DNA of 64,000 nt from Promethearchaeota archaeon (GTDB lineage Archaea > Asgardarchaeota > Thorarchaeia > Thorarchaeales > Thorarchaeaceae). The notes beneath the pieces are model-generated. The model saw only the letters and a list, made by a program, of their open reading frames with translations. It did no database searches and was not told the DNA's origin. Shown here in pieces: positions 49,156 to 59,405 of the stretch (its first letter is position 1; each line of letters begins with the position of its first letter). Where the stretch lies: the NCBI GenBank assembly GCA_014728035.1, contig WJMJ01000078.1:1-64000 (forward strand). Direction: 5' to 3'. Both the position numbers and the translations under genes were made by a program.

Positions 49156-50271
49156 TTGGTAGTCGTCTTGAGTCAACCAGACATTAGACTTGGACTTATT
49201 GGTACTGGCACCATTGGAAAGATGCATCTTCTCAGTCTTGCAGCACTTCGAGAGTCAAAACTAATTGACCTAGAAATCTCCGCTATATGTGATATAGAGT
49301 CTTCAACTCTCAAGAATGCTTCAGAGCTCTTTGAAGTTGAAACAACCTATTCTGATTATCAAAATCTAATCGATGATGAAGATGTCAATGTTGTATATGT
49401 ATGCACTCCAACAAATAAACATAGAGACATGGTGATAGCGGCTGCGAAAGCACAGAAAGCTGTTTTTTGTGAAAAGCCTCTTGCCCATAGTGGTCCGCAA
49501 GCACAAGACCTCTATATGATTACAAAGTCACATAATATTCAAGCTGCTATAGGACTCGTTCTCAGATTCGACCAGTTCCTTGTTCATGCTAAACAACTAA
49601 TTCAGAAGTATGATTTTGGAAAACCTATGTTAGCACATATTAGAGATGATCAACGCTTTCCGGTGGACTATATTTACGCCAGTAAATGGCGGATGGACAG
49701 ATCCATTGCGGGAGGTGGTACTCTCATAGAGCATAGTATTCATGATATTGACGTTCTTCAATGGTTTTTTGGTCCTGTAGAACATGTTTATGCAACTGTT
49801 AACAATTTCAATGGGTTTGATGTTGAAGACCATGCTTCATTGGTGTTGACTCATCATGATGGTTGCGTGAGTACTCTTGATTCTGTTTGGCATTGGGTTG
49901 AGCGACCTAATGAACGACGATTTGAATTCTTTTTTGAAAATGGCTACCTAGGAATAAAACTAGAATCAGACAAAAGATATGTTGAGTATCAATTGAAGGG
50001 AGAAAGGCCTGTAAAATTGTGGGCGGAATCTGTTAATACAACTCTCATTGAACATCTGGATTTGGATGAACAAAATCTCTCTACAGAAGCCTATGAAACC
50101 CTCACACAAGTTGGTTCTGAAAGGTATGCTGCTTTGAGCTATTCGTTTTTGAAATCCATTCGAGATCAAACCGAGATGGTTCCAGGATTCAAAGAAGGAG
50201 TTTCCGCTCATCGTATTGTTGATGCAGCATACGAATCAGCGGATAAGGCTGCGCGTATTTCTCTATCATAA
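49156..50271 (+). CDS. Gfo/Idh/MocA oxidoreductase
   Basis: GTGTIG, CEKPLA, GGGTLIEHSIHDID. Confidence 0.9.
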   Translation: MVVVLSQPDIRLGLIGTGTIGKMHLLSLAALRESKLIDLEISAICDIESSTLKNASELFEVETTYSDYQNLIDDEDVNVVYVCTPTNKHRDMVIAAAKAQKAVFCEKPLAHSGPQAQDLYMITKSHNIQAAIGLVLRFDQFLVHAKQLIQKYDFGKPMLAHIRDDQRFPVDYIYASKWRMDRSIAGGGTLIEHSIHDIDVLQWFFGPVEHVYATVNNFNGFDVEDHASLVLTHHDGCVSTLDSVWHWVERPNERRFEFFFENGYLGIKLESDKRYVEYQLKGERPVKLWAESVNTTLIEHLDLDEQNLSTEAYETLTQVGSERYAALSYSFLKSIRDQTEMVPGFKEGVSAHRIVDAAYESADKAARISLS

Positions 50272-50311
50272 TAAGACATCCTTAAGTAGACCAAGCAATC
50301 AAAGAGCCAAG

Positions 50312-51685
50312 ATGGATATGAAGGAAACGTCCATTGACCAGATTGATGAATCTAACTACGATGTTGTGATAGCTGGTGCTGGAGCTGGCGGTTTACTTAC
50401 CGCACTTGCACTGACAGCAGAAGGAAAGAAAGTTCTAATTATTGAGAAAGAGTCACATCTAGGTGGAGTTTGGCACAGCTATTATGTTGATGGCTACCGT
50501 GTTGACCAAGGGCTTCATATCATCACTCGTGTAAACCGAGGTTCTTTTGCTGAATTCATGAGGGAACATATTACACCCCCACCGGAGTTTGTATTGCATG
50601 AGGGTTGGTTTTTCCGAGTACATGACAAGGTTGGTACAATTCCGACGAGTGTTGGTGAAACCTTACGATGGCCGCTTACAGGAATGAAAGGACGTCTGGG
50701 ACTAGCAAAAATCGGTGCCAAGATAAAGACAATGAAACTTGAGGAGATGGAATCCTACAAAGATATCACATTTCTCGAGTTTATGCAATCCCGTGATGCG
50801 ACTAATCAAGTCATGCTTGACGTTATGCAGAGTGCTATCTATATGGCTGCAGGAGTTGGTATTGATGAAGCATCAGCTTACGAAGCACTTCGAACATTGA
50901 AAGATACTGATAAGGAAAGTTCAAAATTATCCTCTGCAAAGAAACTGCTGGTGGGCTCGGATGAGTATGATGAGGGGTATGTAATCGGAGGTATGCAGGG
51001 GCTAATTGATAGGGTTGTTGAGGTAATCGAAGGAAATTATATCCTGAATACTCCAGTAGAGAAAATTCTTGTTCAGAATGGAAAAGCTGAAGGTCTTCTA
51101 GCTGGGGGAAGGAAGCTAGAACATAATACCATTGTAAGTAACATCCCTCTCTGGTCAATGCCGAACATTATTGGTTCTGACTCGCCTGATGTGATTGAAT
51201 TCTTCGATAAATGGAGTACTATGAAATTCACACAGGGCGTTACAATTTGGCTTGGTCTTGACGAAGTTGTGATTGGGGATAGGAAATCTCGTGTCATTGT
51301 TCACCCTAATCCTAATACTTGGATTATCTCTTTATCAAGTTTTGACCCAACTTGTGCCCCAGAAGGTAAAGAGTTACTAGGTTTGGCTACTATATTGCCT
51401 GACGGAATGACAACCAAGGAAATCGTTCAGCAGGTGAAAGATAATGGTATCAAGGAGTATCATCCTGAAATCCTTGAACATATTGAAATGGAGCATGTTC
51501 AGACATCTTACGCTACTCGTGCTGCACTTATTCCCGGGCAGACTGACCTAGATCGGCCTGGTCCAAAAACCCCGGTTGACGGCCTATATATTGTTGGTAC
51601 TGATACTGCAGGGTCTGGTGTAGGACTTCAACAGGCAGCCAACTCTGCAACAGGGTTGGTGAAGGTATTACTCGATGAATTGTGA
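50312..51685 (+). CDS. FAD-dependent oxidoreductase, phytoene-dehydrogenase-like
   Basis: GAGAGGL, EK..HLGG, CAPEGK, GLYIVG. Confidence 0.8.
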   Translation: MDMKETSIDQIDESNYDVVIAGAGAGGLLTALALTAEGKKVLIIEKESHLGGVWHSYYVDGYRVDQGLHIITRVNRGSFAEFMREHITPPPEFVLHEGWFFRVHDKVGTIPTSVGETLRWPLTGMKGRLGLAKIGAKIKTMKLEEMESYKDITFLEFMQSRDATNQVMLDVMQSAIYMAAGVGIDEASAYEALRTLKDTDKESSKLSSAKKLLVGSDEYDEGYVIGGMQGLIDRVVEVIEGNYILNTPVEKILVQNGKAEGLLAGGRKLEHNTIVSNIPLWSMPNIIGSDSPDVIEFFDKWSTMKFTQGVTIWLGLDEVVIGDRKSRVIVHPNPNTWIISLSSFDPTCAPEGKELLGLATILPDGMTTKEIVQQVKDNGIKEYHPEILEHIEMEHVQTSYATRAALIPGQTDLDRPGPKTPVDGLYIVGTDTAGSGVGLQQAANSATGLVKVLLDEL

Positions 51686-51687
51686 AT

Positions 51688-52515
51688 TCAGAGTGATTTA
51701 GAAGCTTTCAGAGAAAACATGAGCGGAACGGATTCTGCAAAATCCGGAAGAACCCATCTATTGTTTTCTTCCTGCTCTTTCATGAAGGGTAATGCCTTGT
51801 AAGTTGTGAATGGGAATTCGTTAAAGAATTCAATTCTGAGTCCTGAATTGATAACACTGTTTATGATATCTGACACACTGTGAGTCCATTCATAGGTCTT
51901 CATAGCAATTGGAAACCGCACAGCAGGATCTGCATATGTTCCGCTTTGCTCAAATTCCAATGGCTCATCTTTGTGAAAATAGGGATAATGGACTCTGAGA
52001 TTATCAGATTCTTCAGCATCATTAAAGATGTATGCTACAGGATGAAATTCTCGAATATAGAAGAACCCACCTGGTTTTACAAATCGTGAAATAATGTTTG
52101 CCCACTCATCCAAATCGGGTAGCCAACATAGAACGCCGCCAGATGTAAAAACGATATCATACTGTTCATCTATTTTCTCGGGCAGGTCATATACATTGGA
52201 CTGAAGAAAAGTTGCTTGGTCATCGACCTGCTCGTTTAATGTATTTGCAAGGTCAATGGACTCTTCAGAGAAATCCACTCCAGTTGCTTCAGCTCCAAGT
52301 CTAGCCCAAGACATAGTATCAAGACCAAAATGACATTGCAAATGAAGTAAGGTTTTGCCCTTGACATCACCTACTTCTTCTATCTCAACTGGATCGAGTG
52401 TTAATGCTCCCTCAAGAAAGTCATCTACTTTATAGAGGGATGTTCCGCGATGGATGGGTGCCAAGTGATCCCACATCTGTTGGTTCTTCTTGATGTATTC
52501 ATCCATTGCAATCAA
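51688..52515 (-). CDS. Class I SAM-dependent methyltransferase
   Basis: LLHLQCHFGLDT, GVDFS, VKPGG. Confidence 0.9.
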   Translation of the reverse strand: MIAMDEYIKKNQQMWDHLAPIHRGTSLYKVDDFLEGALTLDPVEIEEVGDVKGKTLLHLQCHFGLDTMSWARLGAEATGVDFSEESIDLANTLNEQVDDQATFLQSNVYDLPEKIDEQYDIVFTSGGVLCWLPDLDEWANIISRFVKPGGFFYIREFHPVAYIFNDAEESDNLRVHYPYFHKDEPLEFEQSGTYADPAVRFPIAMKTYEWTHSVSDIINSVINSGLRIEFFNEFPFTTYKALPFMKEQEENNRWVLPDFAESVPLMFSLKASKSL

Positions 52516-52567
52516 TAAATCAAATACAACAACCCACTAATGAGATTGTCGGAATGCTAAGTAATTT

Positions 52568-53434
52568 CTAAATGAATTTCGTAATGGAAAGATTCTCAGT
52601 AACACTCCAAAAAGTATCGATTAATTTTAAATCAAAAGGGAAATACAGAATCAATTCATCAAGCCCAATATCACAGAAGGCATTTACAATACTTTCAAAA
52701 TTCTCCATTGAGGAAAATGTGTCCCTCCAAAATCTACCTAATGCTAAGGCAGATTTGATTAGCGTTGAGGGGCTTCTTTCTAGTTCATCACATGTTTCTA
52801 GGATGAATTGCAATCTTCCTCCAATGACTTCAACAACTTCTTGTAGTGATTTCTCCGAGCTACAATACGAATTCCATCTATCTGCATATTTTACAGATAT
52901 TGTCATCATTCGTTTACCAATAGCTCCAATAGTTATTGGAATGCTAGGTTTCTGAACTGGAGATGGTATTAATCTGCATTCTTCAGTCTGATAGTATTCT
53001 CCATTAAACGTGATTTGTCTTCCTGCAACTAATTCTCTGATTATTTTCACTTGTTCTTCAAATCTGTCTACTCGCTCTTTCGGAGCCCAATCTCGAAAGT
53101 TAAGCGTTTTGTAAATTCTATCCTGAGCACTCCTAACACCTCCACCGAGACCTAACTCAATCCGTCCATCTGCTATATGGTCGACCGTAATGGCTCTTTT
53201 TGCGAGTAGCGCTGGATGATGCAGCATAATTGGTGTTACCAATGAGCCCAGTCGTATTCTCGAAGTGGTTTCTGCTACACTGGCTAACACAGACCAGCAT
53301 TCATGCCAAACACCATCCCCCTGAAACTCATCAGGAATCCACAATGTATTCCACAATGATGTATCAAGTCTTTGTGCTATTCTTTTCAAGTCTGGATATG
53401 GTCTGTTTTGAAATAGTATTACTCCTAATTTCAT
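52568..53434 (-). CDS. Luciferase-like (LLM) flavin/F420-dependent oxidoreductase
   Basis: TSRIRLGSLVT, HPALLAK..TVDH...GRIELGLG. Confidence 0.88.
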   Translation of the reverse strand: MKLGVILFQNRPYPDLKRIAQRLDTSLWNTLWIPDEFQGDGVWHECWSVLASVAETTSRIRLGSLVTPIMLHHPALLAKRAITVDHIADGRIELGLGGGVRSAQDRIYKTLNFRDWAPKERVDRFEEQVKIIRELVAGRQITFNGEYYQTEECRLIPSPVQKPSIPITIGAIGKRMMTISVKYADRWNSYCSSEKSLQEVVEVIGGRLQFILETCDELERSPSTLIKSALALGRFWRDTFSSMENFESIVNAFCDIGLDELILYFPFDLKLIDTFWSVTENLSITKFI

Positions 53435-53579
53435 GTTAGATTTCTCTTATTAGAGATATCCCTTCATTTTAGAAGATATTACTTCTAAGCAAAAATCGGT
53501 CTTGCTCTAGCGAAAGTCCTTTATTCTGCCGATGTTGCCAGCTTCTTGACTGTGTGTTCTCACAAGGAGTCAATTCAAA

Positions 53580-54137
53580 ATGCCTATGATCGAGATACGG
53601 TGGCACGGAAGAGGCGGCCAGGGTGGCGTAACCTCAGCAGAGCTACTAGCCAAAGCTGCTCTTATTGATGGATACAAAGGTGTACAAGCTTTTCCTTATT
53701 TTGGGGCGGAACGAAGAGGAGCTCCAGTAAAAGCATTTACACGGATATCCGATGAGAAGATCAATGTACGAAGTCAGATATACACCCCCGATATTGTAGC
53801 TGTCCTGGATCCAGGTATCATTGACCTGATTGATGTCAGTGAAGGACTCAAGGATGGAGGCAAAATAATCATCAATTCAGAAAAAGACGCCTCAGAGTAC
53901 GAATTTGAAAAAGGACATGTATATACCTATGATGGAACTGGTATTGCGCTGAAGCATGGCCTATTGGTTGCTGGACTGCCAGTCGTAAACACTACCATGT
54001 TAGGAGCTTTTGCAAAAGCAACTGGTCTTGTTGAGATCGAAACCATTCAAAAAGTAATCAAAGAGAAATGGTCTGGCAATGTTGGTGAGAGAAATGCCAC
54101 AGGTGCGAGAGAAGCCTACGACACCTGTAGTGATTAA
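53580..54137 (+). CDS. 2-oxoacid:ferredoxin oxidoreductase gamma subunit
   Basis: EIRWHGRGGQG, FGAERRGAPV, NTTMLGA. Confidence 0.93.
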   Translation: MPMIEIRWHGRGGQGGVTSAELLAKAALIDGYKGVQAFPYFGAERRGAPVKAFTRISDEKINVRSQIYTPDIVAVLDPGIIDLIDVSEGLKDGGKIIINSEKDASEYEFEKGHVYTYDGTGIALKHGLLVAGLPVVNTTMLGAFAKATGLVEIETIQKVIKEKWSGNVGERNATGAREAYDTCSD

Positions 54138-54146
54138 CACGTGAAA

Positions 54147-54932
54147 CTATCCATAGATTCTATCGTAGCCGGACCTGCTTGGTGCAGAACGGCTACGCCG
54201 CATTCCATCTACTTGATGGGCAACTTCTCCCAATTTCTTCTTGATTTGGTCCGCACTCTCTTGTAGTTCAGTGGTGTCCACTTTTACATCATACATCCTT
54301 GATAGTGCATGAAGCAACTGAATAGCACCCTCAGGGTCAGGCATCATTGGTATAGCAGGGGTCAATAGAGCGAATCCGACCATCTCCCTACACAGTGTTT
54401 CTGATAAAATCGAACCTGCAATTCCAGTGATAATTCCTTTTTTGAAAAGCTCCATATGTTCATCTTCTTCTAAATCAGCAATTTTCTCTTCTTCTGCTGC
54501 ATAGAGTACCTTTCTTTGGGTGGGTATACCTTGAACTGGAATTCCATCAAGAATCACGGTTTCATTAACACCAATACTTGCTGCCCAATCCAAAATTGCT
54601 GAACTTACAAAGTACATCCCATCCTCTGATACTGGGAGTTCTGTTGTCACAACAATCAAGTTCTTTTCAGAATTACCATAAATTCTGAAAGGATGTCGAA
54701 GACGACCATCCATGAAGACTGCAGCTGAAGGAAGATATCTAGACCGCACATGCGCAATCTCCTCCATCTCAAACTGTTCAATAATAGTATTAGCAGCAAT
54801 AATTCCTACAACACCTGCAGAGGGAAAACAACAAATAAGCAGGGGATTGTTAAATTCTGGAGTTTTTGTCTGAACAACTTCTGCCTCTGGCGCTCCAAGT
54901 TTTTTTATCTCGCCTTTGTCAGCCATAATCAT
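54147..54932 (-). CDS. PAC2-family proteasome assembly chaperone (Pba-like) with HbYX end
   Basis: FPSAGVVG, GIAG, PDPEGA, C-terminal IYG. Confidence 0.88.
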   Translation of the reverse strand: MIMADKGEIKKLGAPEAEVVQTKTPEFNNPLLICCFPSAGVVGIIAANTIIEQFEMEEIAHVRSRYLPSAAVFMDGRLRHPFRIYGNSEKNLIVVTTELPVSEDGMYFVSSAILDWAASIGVNETVILDGIPVQGIPTQRKVLYAAEEEKIADLEEDEHMELFKKGIITGIAGSILSETLCREMVGFALLTPAIPMMPDPEGAIQLLHALSRMYDVKVDTTELQESADQIKKKLGEVAHQVDGMRRSRSAPSRSGYDRIYG

Positions 54933-55123
54933 ATCCCTATTTCTAATAGTCCCTAGTCCAATATTAACTTTGACTCAAGAAGGTAACACTTGACAAACGC
55001 TCCTTAGTATCCAGGATACAACATGTGAATAATTGTACACTATCTTCCGAAAAAGAGAGTACTTACAGTTCATGAGATGCAGTTAAGTATAAGAAATCAA
55101 ATCTCACTTATTGCTGGTGCTAT

Positions 55124-56287
55124 GTGATGCGTTTTCGAACTGAGAAAATAATGCCTCCACCAATTGTGAAACTCATAGAAGAAGCTCGAAGATTTATTGG
55201 CGCTTCAGAATTTCTCAATTTAGGGCAGGGACTTCCTGGACATATCCCCCCTACAATTAGTTTGCAAGGGCTTCAAGAAAGACTTACTCATCCATCTGCA
55301 CATCTGTATACTCCAGATAAAGGACTGCTAGAACTCCGTGAGGAGCTTGCATTATATATCCGCCAGCAATTGAACAACTATGTAAATCCTGAAACTGAAT
55401 TGATGATAACAGCAGGTGGAAACAATGCCTTTGCGGGAATTGCATTGACGTTATTTGAGCCAGGACAGACTGTCATCATGCCATCTCCATTTTACTTCAA
55501 CTCGGTCATGGCAATTCGTCTTGTTGGAGGAAATGTCAAGATGATTCCGGTGGATGAAACATTTCAGCCAGATCCGGACCTGATTGAGGCGGCAATCGAT
55601 GATAGAACAAGAGCTATCTTTCTAGTATCACCAAACAATCCCACTGGTGCAGTCTATGAAAAAGAACGAGTTGATAAAATACTTGATCTGTGTTTGGAAA
55701 ATGAACTCTATTTGATTTCAGACGAGACCTATGCAAGAATGGCTTTTGAAGGCTCAATGCATTACAGTCCTCGGTCAAGACGTGATGCACAAAATCACGT
55801 TATTACGATCGGGAGCTTTTCGAAAGATTTCGGTATGAGTGGATGGAGAATTGGCTATATTACGGGACCAGAGGATTTCATGGAAGAATATCTCAAGGTA
55901 CAGGACACCATGACAATTTGTGCGCCCACACCAAGTCAGCTTCTTGCTCTTGAAATTCTGAAGACGGGACTTGATGTCATCGATTCCGAAATGGAGGGTG
56001 TAGCTAATCTAAGAGAATTGGCATATCTTCGAGCCAAAGAGATTGACCAATGGGACCTAACGCGTACTAAGGGCACATTCTATCTATTCCCAAAGGTGAG
56101 AGGTTGTAAAGATTCGCGGAAATTGGTTCTAGATATTCTTAGAGGAACAAAAACCTTGGTACTTCCAGGTTCTGTGTTTGGAGAAGCTGGAGAAGGGCAT
56201 ATCAGACTCTCGATAGGCCCCCTAACTCCGGAAGCTGTTGATGAGGCATTTGATAGATTAACAAAATACTTTGCAACCAATTCTTAG
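55124..56287 (+). CDS. PLP-dependent class I/II aminotransferase
   Basis: SPNNPTG, DETY, SFSKDFGMSGWRIG. Confidence 0.92.
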   Translation: MMRFRTEKIMPPPIVKLIEEARRFIGASEFLNLGQGLPGHIPPTISLQGLQERLTHPSAHLYTPDKGLLELREELALYIRQQLNNYVNPETELMITAGGNNAFAGIALTLFEPGQTVIMPSPFYFNSVMAIRLVGGNVKMIPVDETFQPDPDLIEAAIDDRTRAIFLVSPNNPTGAVYEKERVDKILDLCLENELYLISDETYARMAFEGSMHYSPRSRRDAQNHVITIGSFSKDFGMSGWRIGYITGPEDFMEEYLKVQDTMTICAPTPSQLLALEILKTGLDVIDSEMEGVANLRELAYLRAKEIDQWDLTRTKGTFYLFPKVRGCKDSRKLVLDILRGTKTLVLPGSVFGEAGEGHIRLSIGPLTPEAVDEAFDRLTKYFATNS

Positions 56288-57582
56288 CAATAAGTTTCCC
56301 ATTCCCATTGGGTTATCACATGACTTGTATAATGCTCCCATTCTTTTCTCTTGAGACGAAGATACGAGTCAATAATTGGTTTCCCGAGAGCATCAATAAT
56401 CACTTTGTCTTTCTCCAAGTAATCAAGTGCCTCTCCCAACGTAGTAGGCAGTGTGGATATTCCCAATTTTGCAAGTTCTTCTTCATCATAATCAAAGATA
56501 TTTTCACTTCTGGGCTCAGGTGGTTGAAGCTTGTTTTTCATTCCATCAATCCCACATGCTATGAGTGCAGAAAACAGGAGATACGGATTTGACATGGGGT
56601 CCGCAGACCTGAATTCTACAGCTGCTTTCTTAGCAGTGTTGAATAGTGGAACTCGTATGAGAACTGTACGATTTCTGAATCCCCAAGAAACATAGACAGG
56701 AGCTTCATGATGGGGAACAAGGCGTTTGTAGGAGTTGATGGTCGGATTTGCAATAGCAGTGATAGCTGGTGCATGCTTGAGCAAACCTGCAACAAAACTC
56801 CTTCCTTTATCGGAGAGATAATCACCATCATCTTTTCCAAACAGGTTCGTACCATCTTTCCATAATTGAATATGGCAATGTAATCCATTACCCGCATCAT
56901 TTTCAAATGGTTTTGGCATAAAGGTTACATCAGCATCATAATTTCGTGCAATAGTTCTTGCTAGATTTTTGAATAAGACCAAATAATCAGCCATCTTGCG
57001 GGCATCTTCAAAATCAATTTCAACTTCTTGTTGGGATTTTCCAACTTCGTGATGGATAACGCGTGGATTGATGCCTAATTCTCGAATTGCAGAAGAAATT
57101 TCTAACAAAATGTCTGCTCCGGGATTTTGTGGATAGGTATCGGCATATCCGCCAAAATCATATGGTGCGCCATCTCGAGTAATCAGATGAAATTCTGGTT
57201 CGGTCTTGACCTTAAAAGTCAGGTCCTGCAAAATGGTATCATAGACATTTTGAAGCACTCCTCTCGCATCCAAAGGAAAGAAGTCCTTATCCTCTTTAGA
57301 TGCCATTTTTGGTTTTACATAACACATAACTGCAGCAGTTCTGTAGATAGAATACGGCAATTCGATCAGGCTTGAAACATCAGGGTAAAGCCGAAGGTCA
57401 GATGATTCAACTGATGCTAATCCAGTGACCGAGCTGCCATCGCAGCTTGAACCCTTTTCCAATACAGGATCTTCTTTCAGCTGTTCAATTGTTTCTGCTG
57501 GTTCGCATGGCACAATCATGGCTTTTAGGTTGCCAAGCAGGTCAGTAAAGCGTAGTTCGATATACTCAATATGCTCAGACAT
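56284..57582 (-). CDS. glnA: Glutamine synthetase (type I family)
   Basis: DGSS, HHEV, TFMPKP, GNGLHCH, NSYKRLVP, EFRSAD..NPYL. Confidence 0.85.
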   Translation of the reverse strand: MSEHIEYIELRFTDLLGNLKAMIVPCEPAETIEQLKEDPVLEKGSSCDGSSVTGLASVESSDLRLYPDVSSLIELPYSIYRTAAVMCYVKPKMASKEDKDFFPLDARGVLQNVYDTILQDLTFKVKTEPEFHLITRDGAPYDFGGYADTYPQNPGADILLEISSAIRELGINPRVIHHEVGKSQQEVEIDFEDARKMADYLVLFKNLARTIARNYDADVTFMPKPFENDAGNGLHCHIQLWKDGTNLFGKDDGDYLSDKGRSFVAGLLKHAPAITAIANPTINSYKRLVPHHEAPVYVSWGFRNRTVLIRVPLFNTAKKAAVEFRSADPMSNPYLLFSALIACGIDGMKNKLQPPEPRSENIFDYDEEELAKLGISTLPTTLGEALDYLEKDKVIIDALGKPIIDSYLRLKRKEWEHYTSHVITQWEWETYC

Positions 57583-57660
57583 CTTTATCCCGCCCTATTG
57601 GGAGTGTGTTCCATTGTCAACATACTGATATTTTAACGATAGCTTTCTGGTCTATTTTTA

Positions 57661-57981
57661 TTAGCTCCAAAGTGCCTTGTACCAAGCTTCAGATTCATCC
57701 TTGAGTTCTAATTTGATTGCACCACTAACGACACTGACATCATCATCACGTCTGATTTCAAAGTTCATAGCTGCAATTCGTATTGCTTTTTTCTCAAGAT
57801 GGACATTATTGATATTTCTTGCATGAAGACGTACAACTGTCTTTCCATCGTCAATGGTCAACATGAGCTCTTCATAGGTGACTTCTCCTTTCATCTTGAA
57901 TTTTCTGTCACGGAAGTTTCCCATATGAGCTTCTAGATTTTCCAACTCAACTTTCACTTTCTCTGCTTTCATAGTGACCAC
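57661..57981 (-). CDS. Hypothetical protein, possible PH-like fold
   Basis: Beta-rich with C-terminal helix SEAWYKAL. Confidence 0.55.
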   Translation of the reverse strand: MVTMKAEKVKVELENLEAHMGNFRDRKFKMKGEVTYEELMLTIDDGKTVVRLHARNINNVHLEKKAIRIAAMNFEIRRDDDVSVVSGAIKLELKDESEAWYKALWS

Positions 57982-58068
57982 AGAATTAATCCTCTTCTTA
58001 CTAACTTATGAAGTTCGTCATTGGCGAAAGATAGATTGCTTAATCTGTTCTTAACGCATATGATAGTT

Positions 58069-58884
58069 ATGAGAAAAGGGTTGCATATCGGAACAAGTGG
58101 TTGGTCCTATGAAGATGATTGGGTTGGGCCATTTTACCAAAGCAAAAAAGGAATGCTTGGCCAATATTTAGACATCTTCGATACTGCAGAAATAAACTCA
58201 ACATTCTACTCTCCACCTAGTAAGGGATTCATCAGCTATTTGGTTAAATCGACTCCAAAGAACACATTCTTCACGGCTAAACTGCCGCAGAAAATCACCC
58301 ATGATCACAGGTTGAATATATCCGAAGAAACACGAGAAATTCTGAATGATTTCTTCAATCGGTTAAAACCAATCTCCAAAAGAATGTATGCCTTATTGAT
58401 TCAGCTGCCACCATGGGATATCAAAACTATGGGAGACCTCGAGTCATTTCTATCAGAGTTAGATAACTCCTTCAGATATGCAATTGAGTTTCGAGATGAG
58501 AGTTGGCTAATGAACTCTACATGGGAGTTACTAGAGGCGTACGATATTGCACATGTAATTGTAGATGAGCCAAAGCTCCCAATAGACTTGAGAATTACAA
58601 CTGATTTTTCGTACATCAGATGGCATGGACACGGAGAAGATGTGTGGTATCACTATCTATATACAAAGCGCGAGTTGGAAGATTGGCTTCCACATATTTC
58701 TCACATCTGTGATAGAACAAATTCTGTCGTAGCATATTTCAACAATCACTTTGAAGGATATGCCCCTTTCAACGCATTACAGATGTTACAATTACTAGGA
58801 AAATTGACCTCTAAGCAGGATAGAAAATTGCAATCAATGAACAAGTATTTTTCATTAGAGCAAACTAGACTAGACCAGTTTTAA
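58069..58884 (+). CDS. DUF72 (YecE) family protein
   Basis: IGTSGWSY, EINSTFY, LIQLPP, AIEFR, YIRWHG, YFNNH. Confidence 0.9.
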   Translation: MRKGLHIGTSGWSYEDDWVGPFYQSKKGMLGQYLDIFDTAEINSTFYSPPSKGFISYLVKSTPKNTFFTAKLPQKITHDHRLNISEETREILNDFFNRLKPISKRMYALLIQLPPWDIKTMGDLESFLSELDNSFRYAIEFRDESWLMNSTWELLEAYDIAHVIVDEPKLPIDLRITTDFSYIRWHGHGEDVWYHYLYTKRELEDWLPHISHICDRTNSVVAYFNNHFEGYAPFNALQMLQLLGKLTSKQDRKLQSMNKYFSLEQTRLDQF

Positions 58885-58953
58885 GAGCCATATTCCTTTA
58901 GAAAGTGATATAAGTAGTGTGAAAGCTGGCCTGCAAAACGGGTGAATGAAACC

Positions 58954-59394
58954 ATGAGCTTTGATTTATTTGCCGAATCTGTTGTTAGGTCCCCAAAGGA
59001 TAAGCGTCCAAGAAGAGGCCGCGGATTTAGTCATGAAGAAATTTCTAAAGCAGACCTGACAGTTGATGAAGCACGCAGAATGGGTCTGATTGTTGATCTT
59101 CGAAGAAAAACAGCATATGACGAAAACATCGAAATTCTCAAACAGTACGTGAAAGATATTGAAGAGTTTGTTGGAGTCCTAGAAGAAACTACTGTAACTG
59201 TTGACAAGAAGGCAATAAAAGAACTCACATCAATCAAAGCACTCGAAGAAGAAGAGGCAATCCTTCTCATTGATGCTGGAATTAAAAGCCTTGAAGATTT
59301 GGCGTATTGTGAGATACCCAAAGTTTCTAACAAGACTGGTATTGACGAAGAACGCATCACCGAACTAGTAAAAGCTGCTCTGAAGAAGGTCTAG
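58954..59394 (+). CDS. rpl13e: Ribosomal protein L13e fused to a C-terminal helix-hairpin-helix domain
   Basis: RRGRGFS.EE..A.L....AR.MGL.VDLRRKT...EN; then LTSIKAL...LIDAGIKSLEDLA...TGI. Confidence 0.8.
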   Translation: MSFDLFAESVVRSPKDKRPRRGRGFSHEEISKADLTVDEARRMGLIVDLRRKTAYDENIEILKQYVKDIEEFVGVLEETTVTVDKKAIKELTSIKALEEEEAILLIDAGIKSLEDLAYCEIPKVSNKTGIDEERITELVKAALKKV

Positions 59395-59405
59395 AGTAGC
59401 GATAT

